From: an uncultured virus (IMG/VR IMGVR_UViG_3300030109_002631)
Lineage: Duplodnaviria > Heunggongvirae > Uroviricota > Caudoviricetes
Strand: one strand, 5' to 3'
DNA length: 64,000 nt
IMG/VR virus record: IMGVR_UViG_3300030109_002631
Coordinates: 1 to 64,000 of that record
Positions 56,653 to 64,000 of the stretch are shown here, in pieces. The notes beneath the pieces were generated by a model. The model saw nothing but the letters and a program-made list of their open reading frames with translations, was not told the DNA's origin and did not search any database. The number at the start of each line of letters is the position of its first letter. Position 1 is the first letter of the stretch. The position numbers and the translations under genes are program-made.

Positions 56653-56865
56653 ATGGCAGATAAAAAATCAAGTCTTGAATTAAAAGCGGGATTGTTCCGC
56701 AACACAGATAAGAATGGAAACGTTTATTACACAGGTAAGAACGAAGAAGGAGAGGAATTTGTAATGTTCCGTAACTCCTATTGGAAAGAAGGTGCCTCCA
56801 AACCATACTTCAGGTTAATGAAGCGTGTAGGAGATGGCCCATCAACCAGTGCAGTAGAGGACTAA
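56653..56865 (+). CDS. Small beta protein, possibly ssDNA-binding (DUF736-like)
   Basis: AGLFRNTDKNGNVYYTG...FVMFRN..K...SKPYFRL; TATA at 56604. Confidence 0.55.
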   Translation: MADKKSSLELKAGLFRNTDKNGNVYYTGKNEEGEEFVMFRNSYWKEGASKPYFRLMKRVGDGPSTSAVED

Positions 56866-56867
56866 AC

Positions 56868-57236
56868 ATGTTTAGAGGTAGAGATAGAGAACTGTTAGAA
56901 ATGTGGCAGGACCTTCTCGGTGCAATAGAGATGGTAGAAGTCCCTCGCTACACAAGGTCAAATCCAAATAAGAACGTTCAAGTCGATGAACAGAACGGAA
57001 CCATTACTATCACTGCTGAGATGGCAGGGGTAGACAAAGAACAGGTAGATATCGAAGTAAGTAATAGAACAGTAACCATTAAAGCAGAATCAGAAAGAAA
57101 GAACTTTACATGGGACAGAACTTTTGATTACGAGATTGACCCTGAGTCAGTGAAAGCAACTATGGTTAATGGAATACTTGACATGACTATAGAAAAGAAA
57201 TCGAAAACAAGTGCAAAGAAAGTGGAGATAAAATGA
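56868..57236 (+). CDS. hsp20: Small heat-shock protein (Hsp20)
   Basis: ITAEMAGVDKEQVDIEV...IDPESVKATMVNGILDMTIEK alpha-crystallin domain; ATG at 56868 with GAGG SD. Confidence 0.9.
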   Translation: MFRGRDRELLEMWQDLLGAIEMVEVPRYTRSNPNKNVQVDEQNGTITITAEMAGVDKEQVDIEVSNRTVTIKAESERKNFTWDRTFDYEIDPESVKATMVNGILDMTIEKKSKTSAKKVEIK

Positions 57237-57421
57237 CACAACAAAATTCAGATGTAGAACAAATCAGTAATGTAAAGACTGTTGACCAATATAAACGTAT
57301 ATACGTTCCAGATAAGATATTAGAGGCTATGGGTCTCGAAGTAGGTGACAATTTGGTATGGATGAACGATAAGATATCTGGTGAATACTTTATAAGAAAG
57401 GCAACTGTAACTATAGAATGA
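57233..57421 (+). CDS. AbrB/MazE-family DNA-binding protein
   Basis: KTVDQYKRIYVPDKILEAMGLEVGDNLVW. Confidence 0.8.
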   Translation: MTQQNSDVEQISNVKTVDQYKRIYVPDKILEAMGLEVGDNLVWMNDKISGEYFIRKATVTIE

Positions 57422-58107
57422 GTTATAGCGATTGGATTCAATCATCTAAGAGTAATAGAATCTGGTTAGAAGAATCTATGACTGCTTTAGGGCAGTTTGC
57501 TTTTATATCACCTATACACAGAGTCCGACACTGGAACCCAGCCAAAAGGCAACGGGTTAAGTGTTGGGCTAAAGATGGTAATTGTATACACTGTGAACGT
57601 GAAATACCTAAGATAAACGAATTTACCTACGGTATCTATCATCAACAGAGTGAATACGAGGGTGGTGGTAAGCATGGAGTATCTTATATGAGTGTAACAT
57701 TATCAACACATACACACTTCCAACAGTTATTTTCAAAAATAATAGATGGAAATGAAAACCCAACTGATTTAGTTTTTGAGATAAAAAGAACTAAGATAAT
57801 GACATCTCAAGGTAAACCTGTAAATGGGTATGAGTTAACACCAACTGAGATGGATATGTTTGTAAAAGAGAAGTTCAGACCAGCTTTAGAATCTTCAGAG
57901 GAACAGTCCTATACATGGGTAGTTCCAGAAGAAATAGTAGAGCATCTAAAAGAGAAAGAAGGACAACCAATCACCATGATTGATTTATTTTTAATACTTA
58001 AAGATAACTTTGCAGGATATTCTGAGAAAGAACTAAAGACTTTTACTACGAGGTTGTGTGAAAACAATGTGCTAAACTTAAGGAAAGCGAGGAAGAAATG
58101 GTTGTAG
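57418..58107 (+). CDS. Putative Zn-binding ssDNA-binding protein (gp32-like) with C-terminal wHTH
   Basis: RHW...KC...NCIHC, FEIKRTK; located in the replication module. Confidence 0.45.
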   Translation: MSYSDWIQSSKSNRIWLEESMTALGQFAFISPIHRVRHWNPAKRQRVKCWAKDGNCIHCEREIPKINEFTYGIYHQQSEYEGGGKHGVSYMSVTLSTHTHFQQLFSKIIDGNENPTDLVFEIKRTKIMTSQGKPVNGYELTPTEMDMFVKEKFRPALESSEEQSYTWVVPEEIVEHLKEKEGQPITMIDLFLILKDNFAGYSEKELKTFTTRLCENNVLNLRKARKKWL

Positions 58108-58319
58108 ATAGAACGAGAACAGATTTGTCTGATTATTTATCTTATGTTATAGAGGAAAAATTAAATGGACTCTATGCAGAAGGTTATTCTTTAACAGACG
58201 CAATACAAGTATTAACAAAAGAAAATATAAATACATGGATTGTCGAATGGTATAAGAATCGATTTGACAGGGCACCACCACAGTGGTTAGCGAGTTGGAG
58301 AGATGAAGAAAAAGTTTGA
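58098..58319 (+). CDS. Hypothetical protein
   Basis: 73-aa coupled ORF. Confidence 0.6.
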   Translation: MVVDRTRTDLSDYLSYVIEEKLNGLYAEGYSLTDAIQVLTKENINTWIVEWYKNRFDRAPPQWLASWRDEEKV

Positions 58320-59778
58320 ACTGCATGACCTATTAAGGTATTTCCATAATGCCCGTAAGAGTGATGGCACTCTGGCTCCTATATTAGGAGAAGACTCTGT
58401 AGCTCTCACTTCAGCATTAGCTTATTTGTTAGAAGATAATAACTTTTGTATCAAAGCTTATTCAGGAACAGGTAAGACAGTTATCATGGATGCTGTCAAA
58501 ATGTTACTTCCTGAAGAGTGGTATTATACAATGGAACATTTATCTGAGACTGCTATATGGTATGACAAAACAGATATAAATATGTCTCGTTTTGTATTTA
58601 TACCTGAAGCACAAAAGCTACCTGAAGGGGTTATGGAGATAATTAAAACATGGGCTGATGATAGAACAGCTAATCGTAAGGTGACCGATGTCACTACTAA
58701 GACAGCACGAGCGCAGAACTTATATAAGAAATTTGTTTTCATGTGTGTAGCAGTAGAAAACGATAAAGGTTCAGCTTACTTTGATGCTGAGTTAGAACGT
58801 CGATGTATGATTATGCATACTAATCCCACAGTAGAACAAACTGAGAGAGTATTGAGATACAAGCTGATGCATTCAGCTCTTCCTAAAACATCTATTACCA
58901 ATATGGATGAGGATGAAATAAACAAACTGAAAGAACACATAAAAGATTGTATATCAGAAAAGGATGATGATAGGGGAACTGTTATTAAGAATCCCTGTGC
59001 TCCCTTTTTGATTGATGCTATTCCAAGTGCGTTCCCTGTTTCACGTTCTAAAGTTCAATATCTATTGAGACTTGTGAATGCAGTTGCACGTTTCTATCCA
59101 CAGGAATTAACCAGAGTAGATAAAGATGGAGTTCACTATGGCTTAGTATCACCTAAGCATAACTGGTTAGCTCTTAGAATATATCTTCAGTCATTCGTAG
59201 AAGAGTGTCTACACATGCCAAGTCATGGAACAGATATATTAAAACTATTCCCTGAATCCAGACTGGATAGATTTGGTTTTGCAGATAGTGATACAGTCAA
59301 AATGTCAGAAGCAGAAATCAAGAAAGCTGCGAAGGCTGCTGGTTTACCCTTCACTAAACTGAGACCCGTTATATCAGGACTACTGATGACAGGGTTCTTA
59401 GAAAGTGAAGAAGATGGAAAAAGAATCTTATATTATAAGAGTCCTCTTTTGACATCACCTCAGTCTAAAATAAAATGGAGTGATTTGATTGACAACACGA
59501 AAGAGTTTATACGAGAGAACTGGCCTGAAGTGGCTGACGAATACATTAGGAGCAGTTGTAGCCGTATCCAAATTGTTGACCCGATTAACGGGAACAACAT
59601 TGAACTGGGTGCGGGAGCAGAGAGAGCAACGGAAGTAGATGACGCTGAATATCCTTCAGTGTTTAAGTCTGCTAAAGATGCAAAGATTAAGGACTATGAG
59701 TCCTTTCTATTAAAAGCAGAAGGAGATTACAATGAAGAAGAAGACGAAGCCGTCAGAGTATTTTACGAAGAAGGTTAA
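58303..59778 (+). CDS. P-loop AAA+-like ATPase (candidate replicative helicase) with wHTH
   Basis: Walker A AYSGTGKT, degenerate Walker B FVFIPE, DAELERR arginine-finger-like motif. Confidence 0.6.
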   Translation: MKKKFELHDLLRYFHNARKSDGTLAPILGEDSVALTSALAYLLEDNNFCIKAYSGTGKTVIMDAVKMLLPEEWYYTMEHLSETAIWYDKTDINMSRFVFIPEAQKLPEGVMEIIKTWADDRTANRKVTDVTTKTARAQNLYKKFVFMCVAVENDKGSAYFDAELERRCMIMHTNPTVEQTERVLRYKLMHSALPKTSITNMDEDEINKLKEHIKDCISEKDDDRGTVIKNPCAPFLIDAIPSAFPVSRSKVQYLLRLVNAVARFYPQELTRVDKDGVHYGLVSPKHNWLALRIYLQSFVEECLHMPSHGTDILKLFPESRLDRFGFADSDTVKMSEAEIKKAAKAAGLPFTKLRPVISGLLMTGFLESEEDGKRILYYKSPLLTSPQSKIKWSDLIDNTKEFIRENWPEVADEYIRSSCSRIQIVDPINGNNIELGAGAERATEVDDAEYPSVFKSAKDAKIKDYESFLLKAEGDYNEEEDEAVRVFYEEG

Positions 59779-60052
59779 ACTACCTACCAAAGACGAACAA
59801 TTCGCAGTTGTTCGAGAGATGTCTGGAGGTTCACGTCTTCTCGCTATGTGTGAAGATAACCAAATGAGAATGGTTAGAATCGGTGGTAAGTTTAAGAAAA
59901 GAATGTGGGTCCGAGTAGATGATTTAATATTAATCAAACCTTGGACCGTTCAGTCTGATTCAAGAGCAGACTTAGTTTATCGCTATCTCCCAAATGAGAG
60001 GAATTGGATTCTCAGAAGAGACATAATACCAGAGGAGTTGAATATATGGTAA
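59732..60052 (+). CDS. eif1a: Archaeal translation initiation factor aIF-1A
   Basis: QFAVVREMSGGSRLLAMCED...RIGGKFKKRMWVRVDDLILIKPW...RADLVYRY. Confidence 0.92.
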   Translation: MKKKTKPSEYFTKKVKLPTKDEQFAVVREMSGGSRLLAMCEDNQMRMVRIGGKFKKRMWVRVDDLILIKPWTVQSDSRADLVYRYLPNERNWILRRDIIPEELNIW

Positions 60053-60387
60053 TGGAAGCAACGTATATAGATTTTTGCAAACACAGTGCAAGATATCCTA
60101 TTACGAAAGAAAAAGAATACCTAATGATAGGTCTAATGAATGAAGCTGGCGAAGTAGGTGGCGCATTCAAAAAAGAAATAAGAGATGACGTCGATAACAA
60201 AGAACTTATTATCGATGAAATGGGTGATGTTTTGTGGTATCTCACTAACTTATGCACATTATATGGCATAACTCTAAGTGATTTGATGCATAAAAATGTT
60301 AGTAAATTAGTAGGGCGTATGACTGAAGAACAAGCCCGTAACTATAGAATCAGTCAAGGCACGGAGTTGCCTAACAATGCCAAGTAA
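60052..60387 (+). CDS. mazG: MazG-like NTP pyrophosphohydrolase
   Basis: GLMNEAGEV...KKEIRD...DEMGDVLWYL...N..KL..R. Confidence 0.88.
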   Translation: MEATYIDFCKHSARYPITKEKEYLMIGLMNEAGEVGGAFKKEIRDDVDNKELIIDEMGDVLWYLTNLCTLYGITLSDLMHKNVSKLVGRMTEEQARNYRISQGTELPNNAK

Positions 60388-60646
60388 AGATAACTTGGTA
60401 GTTAGCACAGACGACGAACGCCTACAGTGGATAACACTGTTGACTAAGTGTAGTGACTTTCACTACGACATGTCAGGGCAATTTATAGAAGAGAAAGAGG
60501 TAGCTGACATCCATCGTGCATGGGCCGCCGCTATCCGAGATGCTGTATTACTAATTGATATGTGGCAAATAGAAGAAGCTGAGGTAAAGGTTGACCCTCG
60601 ACCTCCTTCTGAACGTGCTACTAATGTAACTGAGGAAGAAGAATGA
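60377..60646 (+). CDS. Hypothetical protein
   Basis: 89-aa coupled ORF. Confidence 0.6.
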   Translation: MPSKDNLVVSTDDERLQWITLLTKCSDFHYDMSGQFIEEKEVADIHRAWAAAIRDAVLLIDMWQIEEAEVKVDPRPPSERATNVTEEEE

Positions 60647-62871
60647 AAGTTCCGTTGATGGCTTCACTCTCTCCCAAGACAATAGACTTGAGAGACAAGA
60701 GCCTTAAAGTAAAGTTGTATAGAAATGGTCAAGCTGAGGTAGTTAAATCTCCTTATCTTCCATACTTCTATACTGAGGGGCCTAAGATGAGTGAGCCATA
60801 CACAGCGATAGCTTCAGACCAGAAACTTCATTTACAAAAACATTACTATACTCCCGGCAGAGATATACTTCCGAAGACAGCGCTTTTTGATGGTGGAAGA
60901 GAGTCTCTCTTAGAGAGGCTATGTATTGAACATCCAGACTTTTTCTCTCATTTCCCTAATGAACAGGAAGTGAGGTGTTTGGTGTTTGATATTGAGACAC
61001 ACTCCCCCGATGGGTCTTTCCCCTTTGGAGAAAAATACCCAGTAGTAGCCATTGGTGTCGTTACTTCTACTGGAGAGCGCGAAGTCTTTTTATGGGACGG
61101 TGAAAACGATAAGGAAGTTCTATGGGACTTTGCAAAGTATGTCAAGGAATACGACCCTGACATCCTCTGTGGCTATAATTTGGTGGGTTATGATATCCCT
61201 CAGATTCTCCACAGGGTAAAGCATCACGGAATACAACGTAAACAATATCTATCTTATTTAAATAGAGATGGTATCACATGGGGATTTGAGTCCCCTAAAG
61301 ACCAGAAAGACCTTAAGATGAACGCTGGAGGACGTATAGTCCTCGATTTACTGAGGTGGACTCGCCTTGACTACTCACTATCAGGCATTCCACGTGGATT
61401 AAAGAGTGTTGCAAGAAATTTTGGATTGGACCCCATTGAGTTAGACTTTGAAAACAAAGCTCTACTTGATTACGACATCAAGGAGATACACGAATATGTA
61501 TTAAGCGATGTTGACGCAACCCTTTATTTATATAACCATTATTTCCCTCAGATTCAGTATATCGCAGAGACTTTATGCGTTCCTCTGGCAACCTATTGTA
61601 ATGCCCCCAGTAGCTATATTACGAAAATTCTACAGGGCAGGTCTCTATTTAAGCAACGCATAGTAACGCTTACAAATAACAAAACAAGGCACCCAGAGAT
61701 ATTTAGAGCTGACAAGGGTAACTATCAAGCTGCCCACATAGAGCTTTATCAAGCTGGTTACCATGAGAGAAATATCAAGGTAGACTTTAGCTCTTTCTAT
61801 CCATCAATCGCAATGGCGCTTAATCTGGGACCAGATACTACACAGATTGTAGGCTATGATGACTATCAAGATAAGATAGAATTCAAAGATGGTATATTAT
61901 ATGTGCCAGATAATAAAGTAGATAAGCGACTCATGCTCAAGATAGACCAAAACAAGAAGAGTTGTCTATATGAAATGTGTAATCTATTTAAAGAGATGCG
62001 AAAGCCTTATAAGCTTGGGTCAACGAAAGGAGATAAGAGCAGGTCCAATGCTCTAAAAATAATGGTGAATACCTTTTATGGTGCAAACGCTAATCCTTAC
62101 ATTAGCTATGGTGATATGGGGGTGGGCATTGCTATCACGGCAATTGCGCGCTGGCTCCTTCTATCAGGTGTCGATATTATCAATAGCCGATATGGAGAAG
62201 ATGCTGTGGTATATGTACATACTGATGGGATTAATACTAATGTGGATGTCGACGTCGAATGGCTCACTAACAGACTAAGAAGAGTCCTTAAACATCACAT
62301 ACCAGATTCAGAACCCGAACATATCGCAATGGATAAAGACTACTTTAAGGAAGGAGTCTGGTTACAGATAGGTAACTATGTCCTTCGTAACGAAGATGGT
62401 AGTCTCACTAAACATGGGTCTACATTTAAAGCTACCTCTCGTTCTAAATTCTACTTAAGAGTATTGGAAAAGCTTATTGAAGCGCGACTTGACAATACGA
62501 TTAATCATTCTTTTATTGATAAACTATATGATTTAAAAGAATATGAGTTAGATGATTTTGTTATGCGTCGTGCTATGCATAGGCCGTTAGAAGAATATAA
62601 ATCTCAAACTGATTTAACAGTTCAACTAATTAAGAAAGGACAAGAGATAGGAATAGAACCTGCTGAAGGAACAGCATATCATTATGTTAAAGCTAAAACT
62701 GGATATGAACTGAGAGATGTAGTTAATGGAGTTGAGGACATAGATATGCGTTACTATTGGGACACTGTTAGTACACTACTCGATAAGTTTGGATTAAAAG
62801 ATAGGATAAGGAAGAGACCTCCATTAACTTTATTGGATGAAAAACAACAATCCTTAGCAGAGTGGATATGA
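60643..62871 (+). CDS. polB: Family B DNA polymerase
   Basis: ExoI FDIET, ExoII GYN..GYD, ExoIII YVLSD, motif A DFSSFYPS, motif B KIMVNTFYG, motif C YVHTDG (atypical). Confidence 0.95.
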   Translation: MKVPLMASLSPKTIDLRDKSLKVKLYRNGQAEVVKSPYLPYFYTEGPKMSEPYTAIASDQKLHLQKHYYTPGRDILPKTALFDGGRESLLERLCIEHPDFFSHFPNEQEVRCLVFDIETHSPDGSFPFGEKYPVVAIGVVTSTGEREVFLWDGENDKEVLWDFAKYVKEYDPDILCGYNLVGYDIPQILHRVKHHGIQRKQYLSYLNRDGITWGFESPKDQKDLKMNAGGRIVLDLLRWTRLDYSLSGIPRGLKSVARNFGLDPIELDFENKALLDYDIKEIHEYVLSDVDATLYLYNHYFPQIQYIAETLCVPLATYCNAPSSYITKILQGRSLFKQRIVTLTNNKTRHPEIFRADKGNYQAAHIELYQAGYHERNIKVDFSSFYPSIAMALNLGPDTTQIVGYDDYQDKIEFKDGILYVPDNKVDKRLMLKIDQNKKSCLYEMCNLFKEMRKPYKLGSTKGDKSRSNALKIMVNTFYGANANPYISYGDMGVGIAITAIARWLLLSGVDIINSRYGEDAVVYVHTDGINTNVDVDVEWLTNRLRRVLKHHIPDSEPEHIAMDKDYFKEGVWLQIGNYVLRNEDGSLTKHGSTFKATSRSKFYLRVLEKLIEARLDNTINHSFIDKLYDLKEYELDDFVMRRAMHRPLEEYKSQTDLTVQLIKKGQEIGIEPAEGTAYHYVKAKTGYELRDVVNGVEDIDMRYYWDTVSTLLDKFGLKDRIRKRPPLTLLDEKQQSLAEWI

Positions 62872-63470
62872 AAGACCCAAAAACAGGATATGGTAGAAAC
62901 CCTATCTATTACTATGATGATGAAATAGCAGAGTGTAGTTGTCCTGATTGTAAACCTTACAAAATGTGCTGGCCCCGTGAAATGTTTGGAGCTGGAGCAC
63001 ATGATAATCTAAGAGGGTGTAGTATGTGGACATTAACTTGCACTCAATGGAACAAACAAAAGGATAGACGTAATGACATCGAATGGTATACCTTTCTTAG
63101 ATGGAGGAGTTTAATGTCACAAGAAGGTAATAAACTTCCACCAATTCAAAGATATAAAACTACAAAGGAAACTCGCGCTAACAATATTTTATTTAATGAA
63201 TCCTTCTTACCTCTCTTTTCAGGATTAGAGAAGGACGAAGAAGGTTATTATATATGTCCAGTGCTGGGTATAAGAATGGAGTTAGAAGATTATGTTGAAG
63301 GAGCTTGTAATCAAAGATGGTCTTCACCGAGTGTAGATAGAATAGATTCTACTAAAGAACATCATATAGATAACATTCAGATTATATCGTGGAGAGCTAA
63401 TAATTTAAAATCAAATGCATCATTAGATGAATTAAGACAATTAGGTGCTTGGGCGGAACAGCTATGTTAG
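62868..63470 (+). CDS. HNH-like endonuclease
   Basis: CPVLG...SPSVDRIDSTK.H..DNIQIISWRANNLKSNA; ATGA overlap with polB. Confidence 0.8.
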   Translation: MKDPKTGYGRNPIYYYDDEIAECSCPDCKPYKMCWPREMFGAGAHDNLRGCSMWTLTCTQWNKQKDRRNDIEWYTFLRWRSLMSQEGNKLPPIQRYKTTKETRANNILFNESFLPLFSGLEKDEEGYYICPVLGIRMELEDYVEGACNQRWSSPSVDRIDSTKEHHIDNIQIISWRANNLKSNASLDELRQLGAWAEQLC

Positions 63471-63553
63471 GGCAAGCTTTATATACTAATTCGTCTGAAT
63501 TAAATACAGGACTGTCCGTAAGACAGCTCCTAACCCTATGGGACGTGAATAAA

Positions 63554-63748
63554 ATGGACGAAAATGATAGTAAACAATTAGCATCTTTTTTGCAAGATGC
63601 AGAAGTCAAGATTGTGTGGCGTGAAGAGGACAAGACGAAAGTCGGTAGAGGAAAGATAACGAATGACGATGAAAATTTTGTATATCTTACTGGTGAAAAA
63701 GGGACCGTTATCGTAAACAAGCGAGACATAATAGCAATAAAACAATAA
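63554..63748 (+). CDS. Sm/Hfq-like small RNA-binding-fold protein
   Basis: EVKIVWRE...GRGKITNDDENFVYL...TVIVNKRDIIAI resembles Sm1/Sm2 motifs; own TATA at 63474. Confidence 0.55.
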   Translation: MDENDSKQLASFLQDAEVKIVWREEDKTKVGRGKITNDDENFVYLTGEKGTVIVNKRDIIAIKQ

Positions 63749-63758
63749 GGTAATTATT

Positions 63759-64000
63759 ATGATTAAACAGCCCTCACCGCAATCACAGGCAGCAGCTCAA
63801 ACAGTTACACCTTTCCAGTCTGTACCAGAAGACAGGGTAGGTAAATACTCACACGAGTTAAAATTTAAACCTAAAAAAGATAAGCTAAGGATAATGACAG
63901 TATCAGATAGTCCTTGGGCACCTACAGGATTTGGAACTAACACTAAAAATATATCATGTATATTAACTAAGGAAGGACACCATATAGGGTATGGAGGATG
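63759..64000 (+). CDS. Glycosyltransferase (GT4-like), partial
   Basis: KLRIMTVSDSPWAPTGFGTNTKNI N-terminal GT-B motif; runs off the window. Confidence 0.7.
   Translation, partial: MIKQPSPQSQAAAQTVTPFQSVPEDRVGKYSHELKFKPKKDKLRIMTVSDSPWAPTGFGTNTKNISCILTKEGHHIGYGG

Noticed and set aside
1..64000. Canonical tRNA or rRNA genes
   Set aside because: No cloverleaf with a GTTCRANYC T-loop and no rRNA signature seen by eye

Overview
A 64-kb segment of a tailed (HK97-fold, siphovirus-like) archaeal virus genome. The most likely identity is a magrovirus-like virus of marine Group II Euryarchaeota (Poseidoniales); this is inferred from archaeal BRE-TATA promoters, aIF-1A, a family B polymerase and a GCTD-repeat surface protein. 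The minus strand from about 0.1 to 39.7 kb carries the virion module: tail-tip proteins, tape measure, tail chaperones with a -1 slippery site, two paralogous tail tubes, head-tail proteins, a 1439-aa Gly-Thr-Gln collagen, MCP, two decoration paralogues, protease, portal and terminase. That strand ends with a Cas4-like nuclease and a glycan/modification cluster. The plus strand from about 46.4 to 64 kb carries MoxR/vWA, DenV-family glycosylase, resolvase, a phytoene/squalene synthase-like gene, Hsp20, aIF-1A, MazG, PolB with an atypical HTD motif, HNH, an Sm-like protein and a partial GT4. The most unusual part is about 39.7-51.4 kb. It holds an array of repeated promoter cassettes driving leaderless microproteins and GIY-YIG paralogues, interleaved with at least four ORF-free, heavily base-paired regions (three of them pseudoknotted) that look like viral ncRNAs, one with group-I-like P3/P7 topology. 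Iteron-like TGAG boxes and CCAC-N4-GTGG palindromes occur in the same region. All annotation is by eye; no searches were run.
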